NCBI GenBank assembly: GCA_039588275.1
Contig: JBDHAC010000002.1
Coordinates: 54,412 to 118,411 of the forward strand
Direction: 5' to 3'
Length of the DNA stretch: 64,000 nt
DNA from: Gemmatimonadota bacterium
Lineage (GTDB): Bacteria > Gemmatimonadota > Gemmatimonadetes > Palauibacterales > Palauibacteraceae
Shown here: positions 49,807 to 59,614 of the stretch, in pieces
Numbering within the stretch: the first letter of the stretch is position 1
How the letters are laid out: each line of letters opens with the position of its first letter
Translations under genes and position numbers: made by a program
Notes under the pieces: model-generated
Told to the model about the DNA's origin: nothing
The model's database searches: none
The model's input: the letters and a program-made list of their open reading frames with translations, nothing else

Positions 49807-52113
49807 CTAATAACCCCACTCGAAACGAGCGGTGTACCCATCCAGCGTCGAGTATGGATCGGGCCACGGCAGATCGTGGCCCAGGGAATACGCCGCGTGC
49901 CGGGTCCAGTAGGGCTCCCACAAGTGGGCGCGCGCCAAACAGCACAGATCCGCCCGGCCGGCGGCCAGAATCGTGTTCACGTCCATGAACGAGGAGATGT
50001 TGCCGACGGCCATCGTGGCGATCCCCACCTCATGCCGGACCCTGTCACTGAACGGCGTCTGGAACTGCCGTCCGTATTTCGGCTTCTGATGGGGCACGGT
50101 CTGCCCGGCCGAGACGTCGACGATGTCGCACCCACCTTCCTTCAGCAGCCCGGCCACCTCGACCGCGTCGTCCGCCTCCATCCCCCCCGGTGCCCAATCC
50201 ACCGCCGAGATCCGAATCGAGAGCGGCTTGTGCGCCGGCCATTCGCTCCGCACGGCCTCGAGAAGCTCGAGCGGGAAGCGCATTCGGTTCGCGAGCGGGC
50301 CGCCGTACTCATCCGGCCGTCGGTTGGTGAGCGGCGAAATGAAGCTCGCGAGCAGGTACCCATGCGCGAAGTGGATCTCGAGCATGTCGAACCCGGCCTC
50401 CTCCGCCATGCCGGTCGCACGCACGTAATCCCGTGTCACGCCCTCCATGTCGTCCCGAGCCATCTCTTGCGGCACGGGACTGTGCTCGAACCATGGAATC
50501 GGCGAGGCCGCCATGATCGGCCAGCCGCCTTCCTCGAGCGGCTCGTCGGCCCCCTCCCACGCCAGCTTCGTAGAGCCCTTACGGCCGGCGTGCCCGAGCT
50601 GGATCGCGATCTTGGCGTCGCTGTTCTCGTGCACGAAATCGACGATCCGTCGCCAGGCGGCCACGTGCTGCGGCTTGTACATGCCCGCGCAGCCCGGTGA
50701 GATCCGCCCCTCCCTGCTCACGTCCGTCATTTCCGTGAACACGAGACCCGCCCCGCCGATCGCGCGACTCCCGAGGTGGACCAGGTGCCAGTCGTTCGGC
50801 GTGCCGTCCTCGGCCAGATACTGACACATGGCCGAAACGACTACGCGGTTCGGAATCAGGAGCTCGCGCAGCTTGAAGGGCGTGAACAGGGGCGGGGGAG
50901 CAGGATCCAGCGGCACCGTAACCCCACTCTGCTCCGTCGCTCTCTCCGCATACCAGCGGTTCACCGAGCCGGTAAAGTCGGGGTCGCGCACCATCAGGTT
51001 GTCGTGGGTGATCCGCAGGCTGCGCGTCAGGAGGTTAAACGCGAACTGGATCGGCTCGGTCCGCATGAAGCGCTCGGTGCCCTCGAACCACTCGAGGCTG
51101 GCCTGCGCCGCGCGTTGGAGGCTCTCGACCTGTGGGCGCCGCGCCGCCTCGTATGCTGGCAGCGCCGCGCCGACATCGCCTCCCTGTTCGAGAAGCGCAT
51201 CCCGCAGGGCGATCGCGTCCAGCATCGCGATCCGGGTCCCCGACCCCACCGAGAAGTGCGCGGTATGCGCCGCGTCACCGATGAGCACCACGTTCTCGTG
51301 GTACCAGTGCGCCGTCCGGACGGTTGGGAAGCTCCTCCAGATGGAGCGATTTCGGATCAGACGGTGCCCCTCAAGCTCCTCCCCGAACATCCGCTCGCAG
51401 AACGCGACGGTGTCCTCTTCACCCGCACGTTCCAGCCCGGCCGCACGCCACGTGTCCTCACGCGCCTCGACGATGAAGGTCGAGATCGCATCGGCGCGGG
51501 CCTCGCCGGTTCCCCTGTCGCCGGTCGGGGCGGGCCGGTACTGGTACGCGTGCACCCGCCACAGGCCGGCGTCATCCTCGCGGAAATGGAAGGTGAAGGC
51601 CGGGAACGGCTTCGTGGTTCCGAGCCATACGAATCGGTTCGGCCGATAATCGATCGCGGGGCGAAAGGCCTCGGCGTACCGATCCCGCACGGAGCTGTTC
51701 ACCCCATCCGCGGCCAGCACGAGATCGGCGTCCAGGTATGGTTCGAGCGACTCCACCTCGACGCCGAATCGAACGTCGATGCGGAGCCCCTCGCAGCGGG
51801 CGCTGAGGATCTCCAAGAGGTCCGTACGCGCCATCCCGGCAAAACCGTGGCCCGTGGACGAAAGGATCTGGCCGCGATAGTGAATGTCGATGTCGTCCCA
51901 GTGGTAGAAGGAGCGCGTAATCGCCTCGTAGGAGGTGGGGTCGGCGTCGGCCAGCTCCCCCAGGGTGGCGTCGGAGAATACCACTCCGAACCCGAAGGTA
52001 TCGGCAGGACGGTTTCGTTCGAGAACGGTGATCTCGTTGGCGGGGTCCGCCCGCTTCATGAGGATCGCGAAGTAGAGTCCGGCGGGACCCCCGCCCACGC
52101 TGACGATCCTCAT
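49807..52113 (-). CDS. abmA: Bifunctional anthraniloyl-CoA monooxygenase/reductase (salicylyl-CoA 5-hydroxylase family)
   Basis: [33 protein letters not shown] domain plus OYE domain (MCQY, HFAHGYL). Confidence 0.9.
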   Translation of the reverse strand: MRIVSVGGGPAGLYFAILMKRADPANEITVLERNRPADTFGFGVVFSDATLGELADADPTSYEAITRSFYHWDDIDIHYRGQILSSTGHGFAGMARTDLLEILSARCEGLRIDVRFGVEVESLEPYLDADLVLAADGVNSSVRDRYAEAFRPAIDYRPNRFVWLGTTKPFPAFTFHFREDDAGLWRVHAYQYRPAPTGDRGTGEARADAISTFIVEAREDTWRAAGLERAGEEDTVAFCERMFGEELEGHRLIRNRSIWRSFPTVRTAHWYHENVVLIGDAAHTAHFSVGSGTRIAMLDAIALRDALLEQGGDVGAALPAYEAARRPQVESLQRAAQASLEWFEGTERFMRTEPIQFAFNLLTRSLRITHDNLMVRDPDFTGSVNRWYAERATEQSGVTVPLDPAPPPLFTPFKLRELLIPNRVVVSAMCQYLAEDGTPNDWHLVHLGSRAIGGAGLVFTEMTDVSREGRISPGCAGMYKPQHVAAWRRIVDFVHENSDAKIAIQLGHAGRKGSTKLAWEGADEPLEEGGWPIMAASPIPWFEHSPVPQEMARDDMEGVTRDYVRATGMAEEAGFDMLEIHFAHGYLLASFISPLTNRRPDEYGGPLANRMRFPLELLEAVRSEWPAHKPLSIRISAVDWAPGGMEADDAVEVAGLLKEGGCDIVDVSAGQTVPHQKPKYGRQFQTPFSDRVRHEVGIATMAVGNISSFMDVNTILAAGRADLCCLARAHLWEPYWTRHAAYSLGHDLPWPDPYSTLDGYTARFEWGY

Positions 52114-52142
52114 GCGCTCATAGCCCTGATGCGCTCATAGCC
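52112..52142. repeat. 14-bp direct repeat at the abmA start
   Basis: ATGCGCTCATAGCC at 52112-52125 and 52129-52142. Confidence 0.85.
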
Positions 52143-52197
52143 GGCTTCAGATGGCCGGATCGACCCGGGCCGAGCTCGGGCCCGCACGAGGATCGCG

Positions 52198-53400
52198 TCA
52201 CTCGGCCAACCCGGGCTCGGATTCAGTCTTCCCGCGGGTTCGGCGGATCAGGTGATCCGCGACGATCAGCCTCTGGATCTCGGTCGTGCCCTCGTAGATC
52301 CGAAGAGCACGCACCGTGCGGTAGAGCCTGTCCACCGGGTGCTCGGCGAGCACGCCGCGCCCGCCGAGGATCTGAACCGCGTCGTCCACGACACGCTGGG
52401 CCGTCTCGGTCGCGAATGCCTTCGCCATCGCGGATTCGACGTCGGTGCGCTCGGCACCGCGGTCGCGCACCCACGCAGCGCGATACACGAGCAGGCGCGC
52501 CGCCGTCAGATCGGTGGCCATCCTACCGAGTTTCTCCTGCGTGATCCCGAAGTCCGCCAGCGCTCGGCCGAACTGCTGGCGCTCGACCGCGTGCCCGAGG
52601 GCTTCCGCCAGCGCCCGAGCGGCGATCCCGCACGCGGCCGCACCTACGGTGGGGCGTAGCCGATCGAGGGTGGCCAGACCCAGCCCGAACCCTCGGCCCT
52701 CCGCGCCGACGATGCTTCCGGCGCCGACGCGGCAATCCTCGAACCGGATCTCGCCCAGCGGGTGAGGCTCCGCCAGCACCTGAGCCTTCACGAACCGAAG
52801 CCCGGGCGCGTCGGCCGGGACCACGAGCGCGCTCACCCCGCGCGTTCCCGCCTCCGGATCGGTGATCGCGAAGGTCAGGTAGAAGTCGGCGATTCCCGCG
52901 TTCGAGATCAACGTCTTGTCGCCGTTGAGGATGTAGCCGTCGCCGTCCCTGACGGCTGTCGTGCGCAGCGAGGCCACATCCGAACCGGCCTCCGCCTCCG
53001 TCATCGCGAAGGCCGCGATCGCTTCGCCGCGCAACGCCGGCTCCAGCCAGCGCTCCCGCTGCTCACCGTCGCCCGCGAGCGCGAGCGGCGTGCACCCGAG
53101 TCCCTGGAGCGCGAACACGGCGTCGGCGAGTGGTGAGGCGTGTGCCAAAGTCTCGCGCACGAGGCAGCAGCCCCTGAAGTCCTGCGCCCCGATCGGGGCG
53201 AGCCAGCCGCCCTCGCCGAGCCGAGCGCAGATCCGCCGCGCGAGCGCTCGCGCCGATTCATCGTCGCCGGGTTCGGCCAGGGGTGCGATCTCTCCGTCCA
53301 CGAACGCGGCCACGCCCGCGGCGAGCTTGAGATGATGGGCTTCGAGGAAGGCCTCGATGGGTGCCGTGTCCGGTATCAATCGAGCATCGGTCGACGGCAT
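52198..53400 (-). CDS. Acyl-CoA dehydrogenase
   Basis: FAMTEAEAGSD, GDKTLISN, RQQFG, IYEGTTEIQ. Confidence 0.93.
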   Translation of the reverse strand: MPSTDARLIPDTAPIEAFLEAHHLKLAAGVAAFVDGEIAPLAEPGDDESARALARRICARLGEGGWLAPIGAQDFRGCCLVRETLAHASPLADAVFALQGLGCTPLALAGDGEQRERWLEPALRGEAIAAFAMTEAEAGSDVASLRTTAVRDGDGYILNGDKTLISNAGIADFYLTFAITDPEAGTRGVSALVVPADAPGLRFVKAQVLAEPHPLGEIRFEDCRVGAGSIVGAEGRGFGLGLATLDRLRPTVGAAACGIAARALAEALGHAVERQQFGRALADFGITQEKLGRMATDLTAARLLVYRAAWVRDRGAERTDVESAMAKAFATETAQRVVDDAVQILGGRGVLAEHPVDRLYRTVRALRIYEGTTEIQRLIVADHLIRRTRGKTESEPGLAE

Positions 53401-53438
53401 GGATCAAACGTGCCACACGAAGTCGACGATCAGACGCA

Positions 53439-54239
53439 TCAATCGAAGGCCGGCTTGCGTTTCTCGACGAACGCCTCGTACGCCTCGCGGAAGTTCGGGT
53501 ACTGCATACAAATCGCCTGCGCCTTGGCTTCCGCGTCGAGGGCGCTCGACAAATCCATATCGGCTTCGGCGTTGAGGGGCTCTTTCGTTACCGCGAGCGC
53601 GTATGAAGGACCTCGCGCCAGCTCCTCGGCGAGCGCCAGTGCCTGCGGGAGCGCCTCGCCATCCGGGACGACCCGGTTGTAGAGCCCGATGCGGTGGGCT
53701 TCCCGGGCATCGATGAAGTCTCCGGTCATCAAAAGCTCGGTCGCGCGCCCGAAGCCCACGATGCGCGGCAGGAGCCAAGAAGCGCCCATGTCCGCACCCG
53801 AAAGCCCGACTTTCGTGAACAGGTACGCGATCTTGGCCGACTCGTCGGCGATCCGTACGTCGCACGCCGTCGCGATCACGGCACCGGCGCCCGCCACCGT
53901 GCCGTTCAAGGCCCCGATGACCGGCCGCCGGCACTCCCGGATCGCGAGGATCAGGTCACACGTCATGAGGGTGAAGTCGAGGAGTCCCTCGGCATCGCGC
54001 TCGAACAGCGCGCCGATGATGTCCTCGACATCGCCCCCTGAGCAGAACGCCCGGCCCGCGCCTGTGATCACGACCGCCCGCACGCCGGGCTCCGCGTCCA
54101 AGGCGCGGAAGGTGTTTCGGAGCTCGTCGTAGACCTCGAACGTGAGGGCGTTCAGCCGATCAGGCCGATTGAGCGTGATCGTGGCGACCGAGGTCGCGTC
54201 GTCGTGCTCGTACAGGAAAGAAGTAGGGGATAGGGCCAC
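53439..54239 (-). CDS. Enoyl-CoA hydratase/isomerase
   Basis: LNRPDRLNAL, AFCSGGD, AGAG motifs; GTG start after GGAGGA. Confidence 0.92.
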   Translation of the reverse strand: MALSPTSFLYEHDDATSVATITLNRPDRLNALTFEVYDELRNTFRALDAEPGVRAVVITGAGRAFCSGGDVEDIIGALFERDAEGLLDFTLMTCDLILAIRECRRPVIGALNGTVAGAGAVIATACDVRIADESAKIAYLFTKVGLSGADMGASWLLPRIVGFGRATELLMTGDFIDAREAHRIGLYNRVVPDGEALPQALALAEELARGPSYALAVTKEPLNAEADMDLSSALDAEAKAQAICMQYPNFREAYEAFVEKRKPAFD

Positions 54240-54250
54240 AGCGTCCTCCG

Positions 54251-54676
54251 TCAGTCTACGTGGACATCCGCGCTCGCCGGGATCACCGCAGTGGCTTCGA
54301 TCTCGACCGATGTCTCCGGGTCCACGAGCGCGCTCACCTCGACGAGCGCCATGGCCGGATAGTGTCGCCCCATGCGCGCCCTGTAGACCTCGCCGAGCTC
54401 CTTCAGAGTGGCGCGATACGCGTCCATGTCGGTCACGAAGATCGTCAGGCGTCCGATATGGCGTGGCGCCCCACCCGCCTGCCGAAGGACCGACAGTACG
54501 GCGTCGAGCGCCGCGCCGAACTGGCCTGCGAAGTCGGTCGCGGCCAGGGCGCCGTCCGACCGCCGCGCCGTCTGTCCCGCGACGAACAGCACGCGGCCAC
54601 CTGGAGATGCCAGGAGCCCGTGGTTGAAGCCACGCGGCTCTTCGAGCGACTCGGGATTGACGATGTCGTAGCTCAC
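54251..54676 (-). CDS. RidA/YjgF family protein
   Basis: FVAGQ, YPAMALVEV, VEIEATA motifs. Confidence 0.9.
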   Translation of the reverse strand: MSYDIVNPESLEEPRGFNHGLLASPGGRVLFVAGQTARRSDGALAATDFAGQFGAALDAVLSVLRQAGGAPRHIGRLTIFVTDMDAYRATLKELGEVYRARMGRHYPAMALVEVSALVDPETSVEIEATAVIPASADVHVD

Positions 54677-55449
54677 CCGTGGAACCCTCCCCCGTCGATG
54701 ATGATCGCCTGGCCGTTGATGCTACCGGCAGCTTCACGACACAGGGACACGACCATGTACGCTACCTCGTCCGGGGTGATGAGTCGCTTCTGCGGGCTGG
54801 TGGCGAGGATGGCCTCGAGGGCCTCAGCCTCGGACATGCCGGTCTTCTCGACGATGTTGCCGATCGACGCCTCGGTCATCGGCGTGTCCACGTACCCGGG
54901 ACAAACGGCGTTTACGGTCACGCCGTAGGTCGCGACCTCCGCCGCGGCGGAGCGCGTGAATCCGACCGCCGCGTGCTTGGAGGCCGTGTAGGCCGAGACG
55001 TAGGCGGCTCCCATGACGCCGGCCACGGATGCGACGTTCACCACGCGTCCCCACCCGCGCTCGACCATCCCCGACAGGAACGCCTGGGTGCATAGAAACG
55101 TCCCCGTCGCGTTGACCGTGAGGAGCCGATTCCATTCCTCGAGGGTTTGCCTGTGAACGGGTGCGGCGGACGCGACGCCCGCGTTGTTGACGAGGATATC
55201 GACCTGCCCGAGGCGTTCCGTCGCTTCCACCGCGAGCGCCCGGATGCTCTCGGGGTCGCCGACGTCGCAACGGATGCCCCACGCGTCGGCGCCCGCGCTG
55301 CGCAAGGCCGTGGCGACCGCTTCGATCTCCGCCCCGCTGCGCGCCGCCACGATGACCGAGCAGCCCTCGTCAGCGAGCGCGCGCACCACGGTCGCCCCGA
55401 TCCCGCGGCCGCCACCGGTCACCACCGCCCCACGGCCCTCGAGGCTCAC
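54673..55449 (-). CDS. SDR oxidoreductase (3-hydroxyacyl-CoA dehydrogenase-like)
   Basis: TGGGRGIG, NNAG, YTASK, CPGYVDT motifs. Confidence 0.9.
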   Translation of the reverse strand: MSLEGRGAVVTGGGRGIGATVVRALADEGCSVIVAARSGAEIEAVATALRSAGADAWGIRCDVGDPESIRALAVEATERLGQVDILVNNAGVASAAPVHRQTLEEWNRLLTVNATGTFLCTQAFLSGMVERGWGRVVNVASVAGVMGAAYVSAYTASKHAAVGFTRSAAAEVATYGVTVNAVCPGYVDTPMTEASIGNIVEKTGMSEAEALEAILATSPQKRLITPDEVAYMVVSLCREAAGSINGQAIIIDGGGFHG

Positions 55450-56219
55450 GCTTCAGAGTCCTCGTTCCAACCGATCGCCTCGAGCACGGCTTCTTCCAGA
55501 ATCCCCCCGAGGATGGAGATCGTCTCCTCCCCTTCCGCCGCTGTCGCTCGTGCCGGGTAGCCGAAATACGCCCGTTCGCCACCGGCCTCCTGGAACGTGC
55601 GCTTCCCCTCCGCGATCGACGCGGAGAGCGATATCGGGATCGGTTCCAGCTCGCGTTGAACCTCCTCGCGCACCAACCGGGGGGCGCACGCCATCAGGAT
55701 CGACCCTTCGTACTGCCCCGCGTGAGCGGCGCCACTTCGGAACTCATCCGTCAACCGCCCGCCCCACGGCCGTTTCGTCAGGTCCGGGAAGGCGATCGTC
55801 ATCAAGCCCCGATCCCGGATGGCTTCGCACGCGGCGTGGAGCGCCGCCAGGTGATCGGGGTCGAGGTGCGCGTTGGCGAGCGCCAGCGTCGCGATGCCGT
55901 GTCGGTGGAGGCTGGTCGCGATATCCACCATCAGGGCCGCCACCGTCTCGGCGCGAGCCGAGATCGTGCCGGGGAAGCCCACCGCGAAGCCGGCGTGGGT
56001 GTACGCGAGCCCGGGTAGGATCAGCGCATCGAGACCGCGGGCCGCGAGTCGCTCGGCCCCCGCCTCGGCCATCGCTTCGGCGATCAGGACGTCGGTCGCC
56101 AACGGCAAGTGTGGACCATGCGCCTCCGTCGCACCGGAGGGGAGGATGGCCACGGTCCGCTCCCCGGTCAGGTCGCGGACCTCTTCCCACGTCGACTCGG
56201 CTAGACGAAGGACTGGCAT
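55446..56219 (-). CDS. Creatininase family amidohydrolase
   Basis: EAHGPHLPLATD, NAH, HAGQYE metal-binding motifs. Confidence 0.9.
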   Translation of the reverse strand: MPVLRLAESTWEEVRDLTGERTVAILPSGATEAHGPHLPLATDVLIAEAMAEAGAERLAARGLDALILPGLAYTHAGFAVGFPGTISARAETVAALMVDIATSLHRHGIATLALANAHLDPDHLAALHAACEAIRDRGLMTIAFPDLTKRPWGGRLTDEFRSGAAHAGQYEGSILMACAPRLVREEVQRELEPIPISLSASIAEGKRTFQEAGGERAYFGYPARATAAEGEETISILGGILEEAVLEAIGWNEDSEA

Positions 56220-56287
56220 GCAGGCGCGATTTCTCTCCCCTACCCTGGCGTGTGAAGACTCCGGCGGCCGGCAACGTCCGGCATCGG

Positions 56288-56325
56288 TTGCCCACCATTC
56301 TAGCCGGGGCGTAACATTCCGTCAC
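56288..56325. promoter_or_regulatory. Overlapping divergent sigma70-like promoters
   Basis: + strand TTGCCC-18-TAACAT; - strand GTGACG-17-TAGAAT. Confidence 0.45.
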
Positions 56326-56326
56326 C

Positions 56327-57916
56327 ATGCCCGATGTCACGCCCGATCCCATGTCTGACCCGCCGAGCTTCACACCCCCCGAGACGTTCAACATCGCGGA
56401 CTACTTCCTCGACGACCGCGTGCGCGAAGGGCGGGGCGATCGCCGAGCGATCCTGACCGAGGCGGGGTCGCTCACGTACGCGGACGTGCAGACGCTCGCC
56501 AACCTGTACGGCAACCTCCTGTTGGCTGCCGGCGTACAGCCCGAGCAGCGGGTGTTGATCGCCCTCCCGGACGGTCCGCAGTACGCCGCGGCCTTGTTCG
56601 GGATCCTCAAGCTCGGGGCGGTCGTGGTGATGGTGAATCCGCACGCCAAGCCGGACGAGATCGACTACTTCTACCGATACACCCGCGCCGTCGCGCTCTT
56701 CGTCGGGTCGTCGAGGGCGGAGGCCTTTCAACGGGCCGCGGCCGGGACCGCGGGAGCCTTCGCGCCCCGACACATCTTCGTCGCGGACACGCTCGAGTTC
56801 GAGGAATCCCTGGCGGACCTCTCCCCCGATCTGGACAACTTCCCGACGCATCGCGACGACGCCGCGATGTGGCTCTTCTCGGGCGGGACCACGGGTCGCC
56901 CCAAGGCGGTGGTGCAAACGCACACCGCCTTCGCCAACTCCACGGAGTGCTACGCGAAGGGTGTGATCGGTTATCGCGAGGACGATGTGACGCTCTCGGT
57001 CCCCAAGCTCTTCTTCGGGTATGCGACGGGCTCCAACCTCCTGTTTCCGTTCGCGGTGGGTGCGACCGCAGCGCTCTTCCCGGACCGGTGCACGCCCGAG
57101 GTCCTGTTCGACCGGATCGAGCGCTTTCGACCGACGATCCTCGTGAACGTCCCGACCATGATCAACCAGATGCTGGCGCACCCGGGGGCGGCCGATCGCG
57201 ACGTGACGAGCCTTCGTGTGGTGACCTCCGCGGGCGAGGCGCTGCCGGCCGAACTGCACCGCCGCTGGGATGAGGCGCTCGGGGTCGAGTTGCTCGACGG
57301 GCTCGGGACCGCCGAGATGTGGCACATCTTCCTCTCCAACCGCCCGGGCGACGTCATGCCCGGGACGCTCGGCAAAGTGGTCCCCGGGTTCGAGGTGCGC
57401 GTGTGCGACGAGGAGGGGCGCGAGCTACCCGACGGCGAGATCGGATGGCTGTGGGTGAGCGGCAATTCGCGCGCGATCGGTTACTGGCAGCAGATGGAGA
57501 AGAGTCGCGAGGCGTTTCGCGGCGAATGGTACGTCTCGGGCGACATGCTCGTACGCGACCCGGATGGGTACTTCACCTACTGCGGCCGTGGCGATGACAT
57601 GCTGAAGGTGAAAGGGAAGTGGCTCTCCCCCAAGGAAGTCGAGAACTGCCTCCTCCAACACCCGCTCGTGCGCGAGTGTGCGGTGGTCGGGGTCGCCGAC
57701 GCCGACGGCCTTACGAGCCCACACGCCTTCGTCGTGCCCTCGGAGTCGCGAGACGAGTCCCGCGAGAACATCGAGCAGGAGCTGACCGCCTTCGTGATGG
57801 ATCGGCTCGCCTCGTACAAGTGCCCGCGCGATATCACGCTCACGGACGCCCTCCCCCGCACTCACCTCGGGAAGGTGGATCGGGGTGCCCTACGGGCCCT
57901 CGCGGCACAGGCGTAG
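56327..57916 (+). CDS. Benzoate/2-aminobenzoate-CoA ligase family
   Basis: FSGGTTGRPK, KLFFGYA, SAGEAL, DGLGTAE, GR.DD, GKVDR. Confidence 0.9.
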   Translation: MPDVTPDPMSDPPSFTPPETFNIADYFLDDRVREGRGDRRAILTEAGSLTYADVQTLANLYGNLLLAAGVQPEQRVLIALPDGPQYAAALFGILKLGAVVVMVNPHAKPDEIDYFYRYTRAVALFVGSSRAEAFQRAAAGTAGAFAPRHIFVADTLEFEESLADLSPDLDNFPTHRDDAAMWLFSGGTTGRPKAVVQTHTAFANSTECYAKGVIGYREDDVTLSVPKLFFGYATGSNLLFPFAVGATAALFPDRCTPEVLFDRIERFRPTILVNVPTMINQMLAHPGAADRDVTSLRVVTSAGEALPAELHRRWDEALGVELLDGLGTAEMWHIFLSNRPGDVMPGTLGKVVPGFEVRVCDEEGRELPDGEIGWLWVSGNSRAIGYWQQMEKSREAFRGEWYVSGDMLVRDPDGYFTYCGRGDDMLKVKGKWLSPKEVENCLLQHPLVRECAVVGVADADGLTSPHAFVVPSESRDESRENIEQELTAFVMDRLASYKCPRDITLTDALPRTHLGKVDRGALRALAAQA

Positions 57917-58008
57917 TCAACCCGACCACACCCCACTAGCTTCACCGGATTCCCGACCCAGGCTCCGCGCACCGGCTGCGGCAGCGAACCCGAAGCGAGG
58001 GGATATCC

Positions 58009-59568
58009 ATGCGAAAGCTGCGAGTGGGAGTCATCGATCTCGTAGCCAAAGCACCGACGCAAAGGCTTTGGGGACGGACGATGAACGCGAACCTGGCCGG
58101 CATCATGGCGCAGGTGGCCGCGGTATGGTGCGAGGAAGAAGGGCACGAAGTCCACTTCGTCTGCTACACGGGGCGCGGGAACGTCATCGAGCAGCTGCCC
58201 GAGGACGTGGACCTCCTGATCATCAGCGCCTTCACGCAGGCGGCGCAGCTCGCCTACGCGATCAGCGCGCTGTGCCGAGAGCGTGGCGCCGTGACCTGCC
58301 TCGGCGGACCCCACGCCCGCTGCTACCCGCCGGACGCCCAGAAGTACTTCGACTACGTGCTGGGGTTCACCGACCAAGATGTCCTGCGCGGAGTCCTGGA
58401 CGATTGTCAGCCGCACCGGCCGCTCGGGCTCCACCGCGCCGCCGCCCAGCAGCCACGTTCGCTTCCGGGGGTCAGAAAGCGCTGGAAGTACATCGAGGCC
58501 GCTCTCGCGAAGAGCCCGGTGATCAAGATCGTGCCGATGATCGGCAGCCTCGGGTGCCCCTACACCTGCTCGTTCTGCATCGACTCGGAGGTTCCCTACC
58601 AACCGCTCGACTTCGAGGAGCTCAAAGCGGACCTCCGTTTCCTGTTGACCAAGCTGAAGCGCCCCATCGTCGGGTGGCACGATCCCAACTTCGGGATCCG
58701 CTTCGACGATTATCTGGGCGCTATCGAGGAGGCGGTGCCGCCAGGAAGCATCCGGTTCATCGCGGAGAGCACTCTCTCGCTACTCTCCGAGCCGCACCTG
58801 AAACGGCTGAAACGGAACGGCTTCAAAGCACTGCTCCCCGGAATCGAGTCGTGGTACGAAATGGGGAACAAGTCGAAGACCGGGGCGAAACGGGGGCTGG
58901 ACAAGGTGGAGCAGGTGTCGGAGCACGCGAACACGATTCTGCGGCACGTGCCGTACCTGCAAACGAATTTCGTGCTCGGGTTGGACGGAGACGAGGGACG
59001 CGAGACCTTCGAGCTGACGAAGCGATTCCTGGATCAGACGCCGGGGGCGCTCCCCGCCTACTCGCTCCTGACGGCGTTCGGACAGGCCGCGCCGCTAAAC
59101 CTGGAGTATCAAGCGACCGACCGCGTTCGGGCATTCCCGTTCCACTTCATGAACAACAATCACGTCATGAACGTGAAGCCCAAGAATTACGAGTGGCCGC
59201 AGTTCTACGACTACGTCGTCGACCTCACCGCGCACAGCTTCTCGAGGCGCGCGATCCGTCGTCGGTTTCAGGCAAACCGCGGTGGGATCCCGCGGTTCCT
59301 CAACGTCATGCGCGCGATATCCTCCGAAGGAAAGGGGAGAATCGAGTACTTCCATCGGGTGCGCGAGAAGCTGGAGAGCGACCGGCCGTTCCGCGACTTC
59401 TTCGAGGGAGAGACCGACCGGATCCCATCCTTCTACACCGATTGGGTCAGGCGTGACCTGGGTCCCCTGTGGGAGTATCTGCCGGAGGGGGCGTTGTATC
59501 ACGATCCGCACGCTTACTTGAAAGCGCACGAGGCGATCGAGACGAGCCCCCAAGCGGCCGAGGCCTGA
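58009..59568 (+). CDS. B12-binding-domain radical SAM protein
   Basis: LGGPHA N-terminal domain, GCPYTCSFC, GIES, FVLGLD. Confidence 0.85.
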   Translation: MRKLRVGVIDLVAKAPTQRLWGRTMNANLAGIMAQVAAVWCEEEGHEVHFVCYTGRGNVIEQLPEDVDLLIISAFTQAAQLAYAISALCRERGAVTCLGGPHARCYPPDAQKYFDYVLGFTDQDVLRGVLDDCQPHRPLGLHRAAAQQPRSLPGVRKRWKYIEAALAKSPVIKIVPMIGSLGCPYTCSFCIDSEVPYQPLDFEELKADLRFLLTKLKRPIVGWHDPNFGIRFDDYLGAIEEAVPPGSIRFIAESTLSLLSEPHLKRLKRNGFKALLPGIESWYEMGNKSKTGAKRGLDKVEQVSEHANTILRHVPYLQTNFVLGLDGDEGRETFELTKRFLDQTPGALPAYSLLTAFGQAAPLNLEYQATDRVRAFPFHFMNNNHVMNVKPKNYEWPQFYDYVVDLTAHSFSRRAIRRRFQANRGGIPRFLNVMRAISSEGKGRIEYFHRVREKLESDRPFRDFFEGETDRIPSFYTDWVRRDLGPLWEYLPEGALYHDPHAYLKAHEAIETSPQAAEA

Positions 59569-59614
59569 CACTGGGCGACCCACGCCTACACCCCGCGATC
59601 GAGGCCTGACGGAT

